Positions 26,051 through 38,654 of a DNA stretch of 64,000 nt are shown piece after piece. A program made the position numbers and the translations under genes. The stretch spans positions 26,362,464 through 26,426,463 of the forward strand of contig NC_043011.1 in assembly GCF_006345805.1 (NCBI RefSeq), in the 5' to 3' direction. How positions within the stretch are numbered: position 1 is the first letter of the stretch; each line of letters starts with the position of its first letter. Source of the DNA: Octopus sinensis (lineage: Eukaryota). The notes under the pieces were generated by a model. It was not told where the DNA came from, did not search any database, and saw nothing but the letters and a program-made list of their open reading frames with translations.

Positions 26051-26845
26051 TTGTATTTTCCTCTACAGAAATAGAAAGCTCTTTGTCTAAAAAAAAAAAA
26101 AAGATTTGCGAAAGACATTTGAGGAGAAATTGAGCACGTTTGCAAAAGTGTGTTTTATACAAGAAAATATCTGTTAAAGTGTTCGGCAATTTGGTAATTT
26201 GATTTCGATCTTCACTCTCTCAATCATCACCAATAATCAGTAGGAATATTTGGTTTCGATTTTCTATTTAGAATTTCGTTGGTAGTTCACCACGTCATGC
26301 ACGCGCGCGTGCGCGTGTGTGTTGAGATAATCGAGTCGCGTATTGGTTAAGCTTAGCATTTCGCGCACATTTTCTTATTAATCGATTGTAAGATTGGATA
26401 TTTGTTTTTAAAGATTTTTCCTTCTAATGTTCTATATGCATGATGCAATCACTTTTTTTTTTATTTTTTTTTTTTTACCCCAGAAGCAAATTCCATTTAT
26501 CCTCACCGGTTCTTTTCTGATTATATTTATGAAACTTAAAAGGATCCGACGACGTTAAGTGATTTTTTTTTTCTCTTTCTCTCTATGATAGTTGTAAAAT
26601 GACATGCACTATTCACATTAACAATATCGCAGTGCAACGGTTGCATCATATCTTCTCCTGCTTGCTCAGATTGTAAATTGACCAACATCTAAATTCTGTC
26701 TGAATTGTCACATGTCGATTATCCTTAATTGTAATGTTTTTGGGTTTTATCAATTCGTTTGAAAAAATGCAAAATAGTACAAATGTTCAGAAAAAAACAT
26801 TTGAATAAAACTTTAGAGGAAATAGTGTATGCGTAGGGCTGGTGC

Positions 26846-27013
26846 CAGTGCCGTTTTAAGCAGAGACACACTGGGTAGTTGCCGAGGGGACTCACGGGTC
26901 TAAGGAACCAATTCTGATCCATAGATGTTGTGGCTTACTGTCAATTAATAAATACTACAAAGCCCAGCGCATTGATTTACCTGGAAGCTTACAACGCTGC
27001 TAAAACAACCTTG
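26846..27013. mobile_element. MITE-like family M1 (copy 3)
   Basis: CAGTGCCGTTTTAAGCAG / GCTGCTAAAACAACCTTG termini; shared interior. Confidence 0.55.
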
Positions 27014-27240
27014 GCTGACACAGGGGTTTTCAATTTCCCAGGCCAGCCCTAAAAAATACTCCCACTTCCAGTCCTACAAAGACAGTCTCCTTTTCCAACT
27101 TATTTTAAGTCTACCAGCCATCACACTCATTACAGCAGCAAGAAAACGTAGTCGAAAAATTTTAATAAATTTACCAACAAGAAATCTATCTTTATGACCA
27201 TGTACATATAGTTTTATGATCATGTATATCACTGAGTATA

Positions 27241-27490
27241 GTGGAGGCGCGTGTCTTAGTGGTTAGGGTGTTAGCATCATGATAGTAAGATTGTTGTTTC
27301 GATTTCTGGACCGGGCGACGCGTTGTGTTCTTGAGCAAAACACTTCATTTCACGTTGCTCCAGTCCACTCAGCTGGCAAAAATGAGTAACGCTGCGATGG
27401 ACTGGCGCCCCGTCCAGCTGGGAAGCACATACGCCACTGAAACCGGAAAACCGGGCCCATAAGCCTGGCTAGGCTTTAAAAGGGCGCATT
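27241..27490 (+). mobile_element. tRNA-derived SINE family D (V-SINE-like body)
   Basis: A/B-box head then TTGAGCAAAACACTT...CTCCAGTCCACTCAGCTG...GCGATGGACTGGCG; other copies at 27998-28235 and a 3' piece near 40660-40760. Superfamily label is from memory. Confidence 0.75.
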
Positions 27491-27997
27491 TATTTATTTT
27501 ATTATATCGCTAAGTAAAATCTATTATAGGACATAATTTTGAATAAAAATGTTTTAAAAGCTTAAAGCATATAAGCGATCACCACATACTGACTAAAGAA
27601 AATAGTCTGATATTGCGGCATATAAGCCCTCGCAGACAAAAAGTGGATTTTCTGTAATTTGAAATGTTCCACGCCAGGTCATTACACCACATGAGCCTCT
27701 CACACCACTCCATATCCATTCATGTTCTCCATCCTACTTTGTTTCAGAAATGACATTTATCTGCTCTATTTATTTCTAGGCTTCATATTTTTAATTGGAT
27801 GGCAAAATTTTACGTAAATTATGTGACGCCCAACGATTTAAGTGCCCTCAAGCGATCGCACAGTTTCACAAATGCGTAACACCTGGGTATGAGAAACTAT
27901 GGAAAACAAATGGTTAGTTAGGTGGGCACTTTTATGTGAGAATCGTGTCGGCAACTTTATTTTGGGTCGTAAATTATTGCCCATTAGTGTCTCAATG

Positions 27998-28235
27998 TAG
28001 AGGTGCGTGGCTTAGTGGTTAGGATGTTGGACTCATGATCGTAAACTGACGTTTCGATTCCTGGACTCGGCGACACGTTGCGTTCTTGAGCAAAACACTT
28101 CATTTCACGTTACTCCAGTCAGCTGGCAAAAATTAGTAGTCCTGAGACGGACTGGAGTGCCATCCACGTTGGAAATATATACGCTACGGAAATCCGGAAA
28201 CCGATCCTATGATTTCATATGACTCAGGAAGGATC
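27998..28235 (+). mobile_element. SINE family D, second copy
   Basis: Aligns by eye with 27241-27490. Confidence 0.75.
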
Positions 28236-28261
28236 ATTATCCTATCTTAATGTCTCAAAGT

Positions 28262-28610
28262 TTGCTTACTTCACCTACGCCCTCCGCTCCTTATGGAGCA
28301 TAGACCATCGACGACTTATCTCTACTGTCCTTAACTCTGGACTGTATTTTGCCTTTCCCAGATATTGTTGGCTTTGACTTATCATCGATGTTTCCGTAAC
28401 ATTACTTTTCTGTAACATTGCTTTTCTAGCTGGGAGTGTTGGCCCTACACAAACCCATTTTAACCTCTGGCGATCCATAATTGTCTGGCCTCTGTCTTTT
28501 GATCTATCTAGCGCGGAAGGCCCTACAGAACTTGCGCTCTATTGGCATAGCTCTCAGGTCCAGTGAGGCACACACGCCTCCACACCACGACAAGGACTGG
28601 AGGCGGTGGG
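28262..28610 (-). mobile_element. Internally deleted RTE derivative (5' UTR joined to 3' end)
   Basis: 5' motif CCTTGTCGTGG...GAGCTATGCC typical of RTE 5' UTRs; 3' end VDGLCSIRSGGRR* then GAAGTAAG. Confidence 0.5.
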
Positions 28611-28670
28611 ATGTCCCAAAGTGTGATGTTCACATACAATTCACTCCTAAACAACGTTAAAATCAATCAT

Positions 28671-29010
28671 ATACAGGGAGTTCGGGATAAATTTGACTAT
28701 CTTCTATGTCTCCTTTTTTTTTTTCAGGAACGGCACGATGTATTGGGGGAACAGTCGACGGCGCTGGAGAGCATAAAGATTAAAGTTGTAGTTGAAAAAA
28801 AAAGTTAGCTGACATGGAGGACTGGCAGTCATCTAAGTATTGGAAAAGAGTTACCAGTGTCATGATGCATCGCGATGGATATCAAAATGCTGACAACATG
28901 ACTGCTACACAATGATCTGTGAGCACTGTAAAGGCTGTATGACTTGACATGGACTGCTGCAACGGAGACTACGAGGCCATGGCCTGCAGAGACAATTACT
29001 ATTAATGACC
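28671..29010 (+). mobile_element. Tc1/mariner-superfamily 5' fragment
   Basis: TACAGGGAGTTCGGGATAAATTTGAC terminus; decayed HTH-like peptide ...STVKAV..MDCCNGDYEA. Confidence 0.45.
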
Positions 29011-29094
29011 TTTGCCCATCTATCAAGCACTTTAAATATTCCATCAGCATAAAATTTGACTGGTTTTGAAGAAAAGTTATCTAAATGCACTTTG

Positions 29095-30199
29095 ACTCCA
29101 TCTAAATCGTTAAATGTTTTTCCTTGTTATGGATTCTGAAGAGACAAAAACAAGTGGAAGTCGGATGGCACAATATCAGGAGAATATGGTGGCTGGGGTA
29201 AGAGATCCCAGCCAAGTTCATGTCACTTTGTTCGGTTATCCAAAGAGACATGCGGTCGGGCATTGCCTGGTTGAAACACTACCCCTTTCCTATTGGTAAT
29301 TTCCGGCCTCAAGTCCTTGGTTTTTTGGATCAAATAACCCAACTGACGACAGTACACATCAGAATTAATGGTCTGGTCTTGTGGGAGAAACTCATAATAA
29401 ATAATGCCTTTGTGATCCCACCAAACACAAAGCATATCTTTTTCGGTGTGGATATTCGTCTTTGGTTGCTCTTTTGGGGGATCCTTACGCAAACTCCAAG
29501 ATGTTTTTTTACACTACGTTTTCATACACAATTCATTTTTCATCTCCAGTCACAAGTTGTTTCAGAAAAGACATGCTTTTATTCCGTTTCAAAAGCATGT
29601 CACAAACGGAATACCGGTCCAAGAAATTCTTTTCTGAGAGTTTGTGAGGAATCTATACATTATAGCGAGAAATGTATCCTAGCTTCACTGGATGTTCATA
29701 GACCGTACTTTTGGAAATTTCCAACTCCTCTGCAAGTTCTGTATTCATGGTATTTTAGTTTTCTTCGATTTTTGCCTTCAAAACATTGTCATCCAATTTT
29801 GACGGTTTTCCACTGCGACTGTCATCTTCCAAGCTAAACTCTCCATCTTCAAATTTTGCAAACCACCTTCGAACCGTTGATTGACCTACAGCATCATCAC
29901 CATAAACTTCACAGATGTTTTTGCAAGTCTTTGCAGCACCACTTTCCCCACCTTTTTTTTTTTTTTTTTAGAAAGAAAAGCATTACGACGTGAATATGAA
30001 ATTTTTGGTTATCCATTTCAAATGTCAATAAAGGGTAAAGTGGAATGAAAGATAAATCTAGTTTTAGTCAGGAACAAAGAAGAGATGCACTACGACTTCA
30101 AGCAACGCCTAAGTTTTAACTGTGTTACGTTTCAGGTGTGTTCAATGAAGCGTTAAAAGATTTAGCTTTAAAACGCTCAGAACTTCCTGGACAACCTAA
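29095..30199 (-). mobile_element. mariner element, near-complete but pseudogenised, 3' end missing
   Basis: ATG at 30016 (MDNQKFHI), RRWFAKFEDG, VTGDEK, LCVWWDHKGIIYYEFL, NARPH, PYSPDIVPSDFHLF; 5' TIR related to 49561-50126. Confidence 0.92.
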
Positions 30200-30226
30200 C
30201 ACACACACAAACACACACACACACAG

Positions 30227-30263
<37 letters not shown>

Positions 30264-30269
30264 ATATAT

Positions 30270-30760
30270 AAGTCCTCCTTCTTTCTTTCCTTCCTGAGCG
30301 TCCAATAACACTATACTTGTTCCACATCTTCGCGTTGTTGTGTTTTTCCTTTGTATTTTCATGTTTGGATTAACTTTATATACCGCACGCTCACACGGAC
30401 CCCGGCCTTCTGACTGACTTGGATAACCAATTCCTGGATTTGTACACCAACGGATTACTGTTACCATTCATCCGGAGTACGGCACTGTAATCGTGATTGG
30501 AAATCAAAAAAAATTTGTCCGCGACTCTTCCACTTTTTCTCGTCCTCTTTTTACCTTTCTTCTTCTACTTCCACTTTTCCTCCATCTTCCCTTCCTTGGA
30601 TCTTTCCTTTTTCTATGTTTCTGAGGAAGCGCTCCGCTCGAAACGTTAAATCCTCCTTCTTTCTTTCCTTCCTGAGGGTCCAATAACACTATACTTCTTG
30701 CACAACCTCGCGTTGTTGTGTTTTCCCTTTGTATTTTCATGTTCGGATTAACTTTATATA
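30270..30760 (+). mobile_element. H1 element with 110-bp direct terminal repeats and hammerhead
   Basis: 30270-30380 repeats at about 30648-30758; hammerhead at 30617-30651; both ends in (TA)n. Confidence 0.75.
30617..30651 (+). ncRNA. Minimal type I hammerhead candidate (H1, one stem II mismatch)
   Basis: GUUU-CUGAGGA-A-GCGC(UCC)GCUC-GAAAC-GUU-AAAU. Confidence 0.5.
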
Positions 30761-31094
30761 TATATATACATATATAGTAGAAATATGTTACGAAAAGAAA
30801 ATATAAAATACACGTGGAAATGTAAGGGTAAAATATGAAAAATCAACGAAAATGCATATTGCAAATAGAAAAAGGCTATTTATGACAGGTAGCGACAAAT
30901 ATATACATTTAGATTGACTGAGGTGGTAATACGAGTCATAAAGGTCATTATTATGAGATGATTATAAGATGATAATAAAGTAAGAGAACAAAACGAACCA
31001 ATAGGTTACGCGAATCTATTCATCGTTTGAACAACTTGTTTTTACGTATTTTTGTATTCTTATTCGTGCTATCATTATTGTTTTTACGTATTTT

Positions 31095-31365
31095 TGTATG
31101 TTTACTCGTGTAACATCGTCCGTTTTTCCGTCCTTGTTTTGTATACATGCGAGGCTTTCTTCCAAGGAATCTAATGCGCTTGGCTTAGATTTTCCTTTGG
31201 GGCTGGCCAGATCGGAGCAATCTCAAGATTAATCAACCGAAATTGCGAAGATGATCCGGTTCTTGACTGAAGATTGAAAACTTCGAATGTCCCGTCCGTG
31301 TTTTTTATATCGTCTTCTAAATGTTTCACGTTCTTGTCCCAGTTTGTATTTTTTTACATTTACAT
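31095..31365 (+). mobile_element. Unclassified interspersed repeat ending in (TA)n
   Basis: Homologous (inverted) to 61155-61405. Confidence 0.7.
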
Positions 31366-31869
31366 ATATACATATATATACATACGTTGTATGTGCACGG
31401 GCGGATATGTGTGCGTTGTATGCTGTCGCGTTGAAAATGGGGAAGTAATTAGTTTCTGGCTTAATCGTCATTTGTAAATCAGCAGGACTGAAGTAAGTAG
31501 ACTCTTTGACGAATTGATGATGAGGAGAGAAGTTGCCATCATTTTCGAGTTGAGATTTAAGAATTCCACCAAAAGATTTATTTATTTATTTAGTTTAGTT
31601 AAGCCACCCCGGCCACTTACCACCAGCAACATATTTCAGAATTTCGTCATGGCTTGTTAGCACCATCAAAGCCAACCAGGGAACCTCAACAGGGTTGCTT
31701 GACTCATTACTTATACGCGTACACTTAAAAGAAAAAAGCATATGCACGCGCATGCAGCTCTACCCACATACACTCACATATACCCACGTACTCTCTATTT
31801 CCTCTCTGTACTCTTTCCCCTTGTTGGCCTCCCTTGTCTCGTTCACCTTTCACACACGTAACACACATT

Positions 31870-32514
31870 AGCTGGTTCGTTCCCACCGCAAACACGCACA
31901 CACATACACACACACACACACACACGTACACACATTTTAGCTGGTTCATTCACGCCATAAACACACACACACACACGCACACACGCATGCTCACACATAC
32001 ACACAGTTGCTTTATTTCACACCACACACACACACACAGTTTGTTCATTCACACCACACACACATACACACACACACACACACATACACAGCTGGTTCCT
32101 TCACACCACACACACACAGCTTGTTCATTCACACCACCACACACACACACACACAGCTTGTTCATTCACACCACACACACACACACACACACATACACAG
32201 CTGGTTCCTTCACACCACACACACACACAGCTTGTTCATTCACACCACAAACACACACACACACACACATACACAGCTGGTTCCTTCACATCACACACAC
32301 ACACACAGCTTGTTCATTCACACCACAAACACACACACACACACACATACACAGCTGGTTCCTTCACACCACACACACACACACAGCTTGTTCATTCACA
32401 ACACACACACACACACATACACAGCTGGTTCCTTCACATCACACACACACACACACACACATACACAGCTGATTCCTTCACACCACACACACACACACAG
32501 CTTGTTCATTCACA

Positions 32515-32550
<36 letters not shown>

Positions 32551-33425
32551 AGCTGGTTCCTTCACACCACACACACACACACACACAGTTTGTTCATTCA
32601 CACCACACACACACACACACACACATACACAGCTGGTTCCTTCACATCACACACACACACACAGCTTGTTCATTCACACCACACACACACATACACAGCT
32701 GGTTCCTTCACACCACACACACACACACAGCTTGTTCATTCACACCACACACACACACACGCACACACACATACACAGCTGGTTCCTTCACACCACACAC
32801 ACACAGCTTGTTCATTCACACCGCACACACACACACACACACATACACAGCTGGTTCCTTCACATCACACACACACACAGAGCTTGTTCATTCACACCAC
32901 ACATACACACACACACACACACATACACAGCTGGTTCCTTCACACCACACACACACACAGCTTGTTCATTCACACCACACACACATACATACACAGCTGG
33001 TTCATTCACACCACACACACACACAGCTTGTTCATTCACATCACACACACACATAGCTGGTTCATTCATACCACATACACACACACACACACATACACAG
33101 CTGGTTCATTCACACCATACACACACACAGCTTGTTCATTCACACCACACACACACAGCTTGTTCATTCACACCACACACACACACATACACAGCTGGTT
33201 CATTCACACCACACACACATACACATCTGGTTCATTCACACCACGCACGCATACGCACACACACGTTAGCCAGTTCATTCATACCACACACACGCATACA
33301 CACGCACACGTACACACACATTAGCTAGTTCACTCACACCACACGCGTACACACACACATGCACACATATACATACACGCACACACACGTAGACACACAT
33401 AGCTGGTTCATTCACACCACACACA
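31870..33425. repeat. CA-spaced minisatellite with alternating two-monomer structure
   Basis: Cores CAGCTGGTTCCTTCACACC and CAGCTTGTTCATTCACACC alternate, separated by variable (CA)n. Confidence 0.95.
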
Positions 33426-33459
33426 CACTTACACACACCACACACATACTCACACTTAC

Positions 33460-33577
33460 ATACATACATACATACATACATACTTACATACATACATACA
33501 TACATACATATATACATACATACACACACACACACACAGACATACATACATACATACATACATACAACATACATACA

Positions 33578-33611
<34 letters not shown>

Positions 33612-33827
33612 CACACACATACATACATACATGCATACATACATATATACATACATACATGCATACATACATACATACATACATACATATTTACATACAT
33701 ACATACATACTTACATGCATACCTACTTACATACATGCATACATACATACTTACATACATACATACTTACTTACATACATACATACATACATACATATAT
33801 ACATACATACACACACACACACAGACA

Positions 33828-33861
<34 letters not shown>

Positions 33862-33925
33862 CACACACATACATACATACATGCATACATACATATATAC
33901 ATACATACATGCATACATACATATA

Positions 33926-33959
<34 letters not shown>

Positions 33960-34023
33960 CATACATACACACACACACACACAGACATACATACATACAT
34001 ACATACATACATACATACATACA

Positions 34024-34057
<34 letters not shown>

Positions 34058-34290
34058 CACACACATACATGCATACATACATATATACATACATACATGC
34101 ATACATACATACATACATACATACATATTTACATACATACATACATACGTACATACATACATACATACATACATACTTACATGCATACCTACTTACATAC
34201 ATGCATACATACATACTTACATACATACATACATACTTACATACAAACATACTTACTTACATACATACATGCATACACACATTCACATAT
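33460..34290. repeat. Long interrupted (TACA)n microsatellite
   Basis: Seen directly. Confidence 0.95.
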
Positions 34291-34699
34291 ACTCAGTAAT
34301 TCATCCTATACACTGACAAATCGAATCATACATACATCAAACACTCCCGAATTTTACACGTAATCGCGCTCACACATAATCAGAGTGATATACAGATACA
34401 CGTCTAGACTCACGTTTTCAGTCTAACACACCCACACACACATACACACACACATTCACACAGTCACATACGCATATACACACATATTCAGTCAAACATA
34501 TATACACACATTCACATGCACATACACACACATTCAGCCAAATATAGTGATTCACATAGACACACACACATACATACACACACACACATATACACACACA
34601 TACACACACACGCACATACACACACACACATATTCGGCCAAACATGTAGATACACATGCATATGTGCATACACATTCAGCCCAAAATGGAGACTCACAC

Positions 34700-35697
34700 A
34701 GATACACACACACACACACACACACATTGAGCCAAACGGGTACTTTCCCATACATACATACACCACACACACACAATCTCTCTCTTCCGCCTCTCTCTCC
34801 TCTCTCACCTCTTCCTTTCACTCACACACACACACACACATTGAGCCAAACGGGTACTTTCCATACATACATACACACACACACACAATCTCTCTCTCCG
34901 CCTTCTCTCCTCTCTCACCTCTTCCTTTCACTCACACACACACACATTGAGCCAAACGGGTACTTCCCATACATACATACATACACACACACACAATCTC
35001 TCTCTCCGCCTCTCTCTCCTCTCTCACCTCTTCCTTTCACTCACACACACACACACACATTGAGCCAAACGGGTACTTTCCCATACATACATACACACAC
35101 ACACAATCTCTCTCTCCGCCTCTCTCTCCTCTCTCACCTCTTCCTTTCACTCACACACACACACACATACATTGAGCCAAACGGGTACTTTCCCATACAT
35201 ACATACACACACACACAATCTCTCTCTCCGCCTTTCTCTCCTCTCTCACCTCTTCCTTTCACTCACACACACACACACATTGAGCCAAACGGGTACTTTC
35301 CCATACATACATACACACACACACACAATCTCTCTCTCCGCCTCTCTCTCCTCTCTCACCTCTTCCTTTCACTCACACACACACACACATTGAGCCAAAC
35401 GGGTACTTTCCCATACATACATACACACACACACACAATCTCTCTCTCCGCCTCTCTCTCCTCTCTCACCTCTTCCTTCACTCACACACACACACACATG
35501 AGCCAAACGGGTACTTTCCCATACATACATAACACACACACACATCTCTCTCCTCCACCTGTCTCTCCTCTCTCACCTCTTCCTTTCACTCACACACACA
35601 CATACATTGAGCCAAACGGGTACTTTCCCATACATACATACACACACACACAATCTCTCTCTCCGCCTCTCTCTCCTCTCTCACCTCTTCCTTTCAC
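34700..35697. repeat. About 110-bp minisatellite, 9 copies
   Basis: GAGCCAAACGGGTAC anchor at 34729, 34843, 34949, 35062, 35174, 35282, 35392, 35500, 35609. Confidence 0.95.
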
Positions 35698-35877
35698 CCT
35701 TACTATTGTCCATACCGTCACCTCCTACCCATTCACGTCTCGACTGCCTCTTGAAACCATATCCTTTACGTCTCGACACACAGGAAACATTACATGTCAG
35801 AGTAAAAATAAAACGTTAATTGCCAATAATGATTTAACGTAACGTAGGTGCAGTGTTTCATATTGGATCATACACGC

Positions 35878-36090
35878 TCTTTTCCTCTTTCACTTGTTTC
35901 AGTCATTTGACTGTGGCCATGCTGGAGCACCGCCTTTAGTCGAGCAAATCCACCCCTGGACTTATGCTTTGTAAGCCGAGTACTTATTCTATCGGTCTGT
36001 TTTGCCGAACCGCTTCGTTACAGGGACATAAACACACCAGCATCGGTTGTCAAGCGATGTTGGGGGGAAAAACACACAAACGTATACACA
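35878..36090 (-). mobile_element. SINE A 3' half
   Basis: Tail and distal body only. Confidence 0.85.
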
Positions 36091-36122
36091 CACACACCAT
36101 ACATACATACATATATATATAT

Positions 36123-36223
<101 letters not shown>

Positions 36224-36224
36224 T

Positions 36225-36600
36225 AAATAAATGGAGTGAATGAAGATGTTAACAAAATTCCTTTACTCTGGACATATGTTTCGAAGACAACATGGTTTCA
36301 TTCCAAAGGAATAAACGGTGCAAGATGCAATCTTCTCATCAGGAAAGAAAGGGAGCCTCTCTCAACAAGAAGACAAACAAAAATTGCGATGACTGCCTAC
36401 ATGGTAAACAAAACGATAAGTGTTTTTAAAAAAACCGTTAGTAGAATTGACGTCAAAGATAGATAGTAGGAAGAGAAGGGTTAAAGGAATAATAGGTAGG
36501 GAACAAGTGAGAGGGAAGGGTACGTTGATTAAAAGAATGTGCAAAGGCTTGGGAAAGAATTTCGCTATTGAAGTGGAGTGCACGTTAAGCTAATTGTTCA
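36225..36600 (-). mobile_element. Short hammerhead-bearing element H3 (Penelope-like 3' end)
   Basis: Pyrimidine-rich tract, hammerhead, short tail, long (TA)n; single copy in the window. Confidence 0.55.
36260..36352 (-). ncRNA. Type I hammerhead ribozyme candidate with intact core and extended stem II loop
   Basis: CCUUUCUUUC-CUGAUGA-GAAGA(43 nt)UCUUC-GAAAC-AUAU-GUC-CAGAGUAAAGG; 9-bp stem I apart from a C-C first pair. Confidence 0.7.
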
Positions 36601-36739
36601 AACCACAATGATTATCGTAATCATTTATATGAGTAAAAAGTATGTTTCTGCCAGTGTTTATATATATATATATATATATATATATTAAGGCAGTGCTCCA
36701 GCATGGATAAATAATGTATACATATATACATATATATAT

Positions 36740-37028
36740 ACTCTTTTACTTGTTTCAGTCATTTGACTGTAGCCATGCTGGAGCACCGCCTTTAGTCGAG
36801 CAAATCGACCCCAGGACTTATTCCTTGTAAGCCTAGTACTTATTCTTTCGGTCACTTTTGCCGAACTGCTAAGTAACGGGGACGTAAATACACCAGCATC
36901 GGTATACACACACACACATACATATATATATGTATATATATTTCCTTCTTTCCTGAGCGTCCAATAATACTATATTTGTTCCACGTCCTCGCGTTGTTGT
37001 GTTTTTTTTGTGTTTTCTTGTTTGGATT

Positions 37029-37074
<46 letters not shown>

Positions 37075-37084
37075 ATATATATAT

Positions 37085-37122
<38 letters not shown>

Positions 37123-37138
37123 ATGTAATATATATATG

Positions 37139-37183
<45 letters not shown>

Positions 37184-37350
37184 ATACGACGGGCTTCTTT
37201 CAGTTCCGTCTACCAAATCCACCTCACAATGCTTTGGTCGGCCCGAGACTATAGTAGAAGACACTTGCCCAAGGTGCCACGCAGTGGGACTGAACCCGGA
37301 ACCATGTGGTTGGTAAGCAAGCTACTTACCACACAGCCACTCCTACACCT
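36740..37350 (-). mobile_element. SINE A with an H1 fragment (36940-37030) in its internal microsatellite
   Basis: Tail half 36740-36903 and head half 37186-37350 separated by the H1 3' piece plus TA/TG runs. Confidence 0.85.
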
Positions 37351-37439
37351 ATATAGATACATCATACATTCCAAGGATAGGGAAGTTGATGTAACGGACG
37401 TGTCCATACTGGGGCACCGCCTTGAAGGATTTGGCCCGG

Positions 37440-38245
37440 AGCTTCTCAACCGAGGTCCATATAAGATTTTGTCATTAAAGTTTGTGTTTAATGAATCGGT
37501 TAAACTTCTACAATGCACAAAACATTTTAACAATTTTTATTTACTACATTTCCTTATTATAGGCGCAGGCGTGGCTATGTGGTAAGCAGTTTCCTTCCCA
37601 ACCACATGATACCGGATTCAGTCCTAGTGCGCAGCACCTTGAGCAGGTGTCTTCTGTATAGCATCGGGTTGACCAAAGCCTTCTGATTGGTAGACGGAAA
37701 CTGAAAGGAGCCCGTTGTATATGTGGGTATGGGTGTGTCCACAACTTAGCGGTTCGGCGAAAGAGACTGATAGAATGAGTGCCAGGTTTCACAAAATAAT
37801 AATAATAAATACTAGGAGTCAATTTGGTCGGCTAAAATTCTTCAAGGTAGTGCCCCAGTATGGCCGCAGTCTGATGACTGAAGCAAGTAAAAGATAAAAG
37901 AATGATTAATTATAAGGCGGTGAACCGGCAGAACCGGTAGCGCGCCAGGCAAAATGCTGAGCGGCATTTCGTGTGCCGTTACGTTCTCAGTTCAAATTCC
38001 CCCGAGGTTGACTTTGCCTTTCATCTTTTCGCTATCGATAAAATAAGTACCAGTTGAGCACTGGGGTCGATTACATCGACTTACCCCTCCCACGAAATTG
38101 CTGGCCTTGCATCGAAATTTGAAACCAATATTTAATTATAAAACTACAATAGGGTTTTTTTAAACATCGAATGGCTAGGAGAGCACTTCTGAATAAAATA
38201 AGAATCAAAGGGGACCATAGACAAAAAAATGGTTGAGAACCACTG
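37440..38245. mobile_element. hAT-like MITE hosting SINE A (37560-37900) and SINE B (37914-38131)
   Basis: Termini CTTCTCAACCGAGGTCC / GGTTGAGAACCACTG; both SINEs on the plus strand inside. Confidence 0.6.
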
Positions 38246-38493
38246 GTTTAGTCGAACAAATTGACCCCAGGACTTATGTTTTGTTGGGGGTAGGCCGAAG
38301 TTTTTTTAAGTCTGGTGCTTAATTTATTGTCTCTTTTGCCAAACCACAAAATTACGGGGACATAAACAAACCAGCATTGGTTGTCAAGTGGTAGTGGGGG
38401 GACAAACACAGACACAGGAATACCTTGACATAGACAGAGGCACATACATACATGCATACGTACGTACTGATATACATATATATATACACACAC

Positions 38494-38524
<31 letters not shown>

Positions 38525-38586
38525 TGTATGTATGTATGTATGTATGCATGCATGTATGTATGTAAGTATGTATGTATGTATGTATG

Positions 38587-38617
<31 letters not shown>

Positions 38618-38654
38618 GTAAGTATGTATGTATGTATGTATGTATGTATGTATG

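Noticed and set aside
28540-28620. HDV-like ribozyme at the RTE 5' UTR (GCCTCCA-GTCCTTGTCGTGGTG-TGGAGGC hairpin on minus)
   Set aside because: No room for a P2 5' strand between the putative P1 and P3, and no J4/2 found by eye; it is only a hairpin unless a descriptor search shows otherwise.
29144-29170. CTGAAGA-GAC...GTC hammerhead-like start
   Set aside because: Not followed by GAAA; lies antisense within mariner coding sequence.
32007-35842. 200-430-aa His/Thr-rich ORFs
   Set aside because: Products of CA-rich minisatellites.
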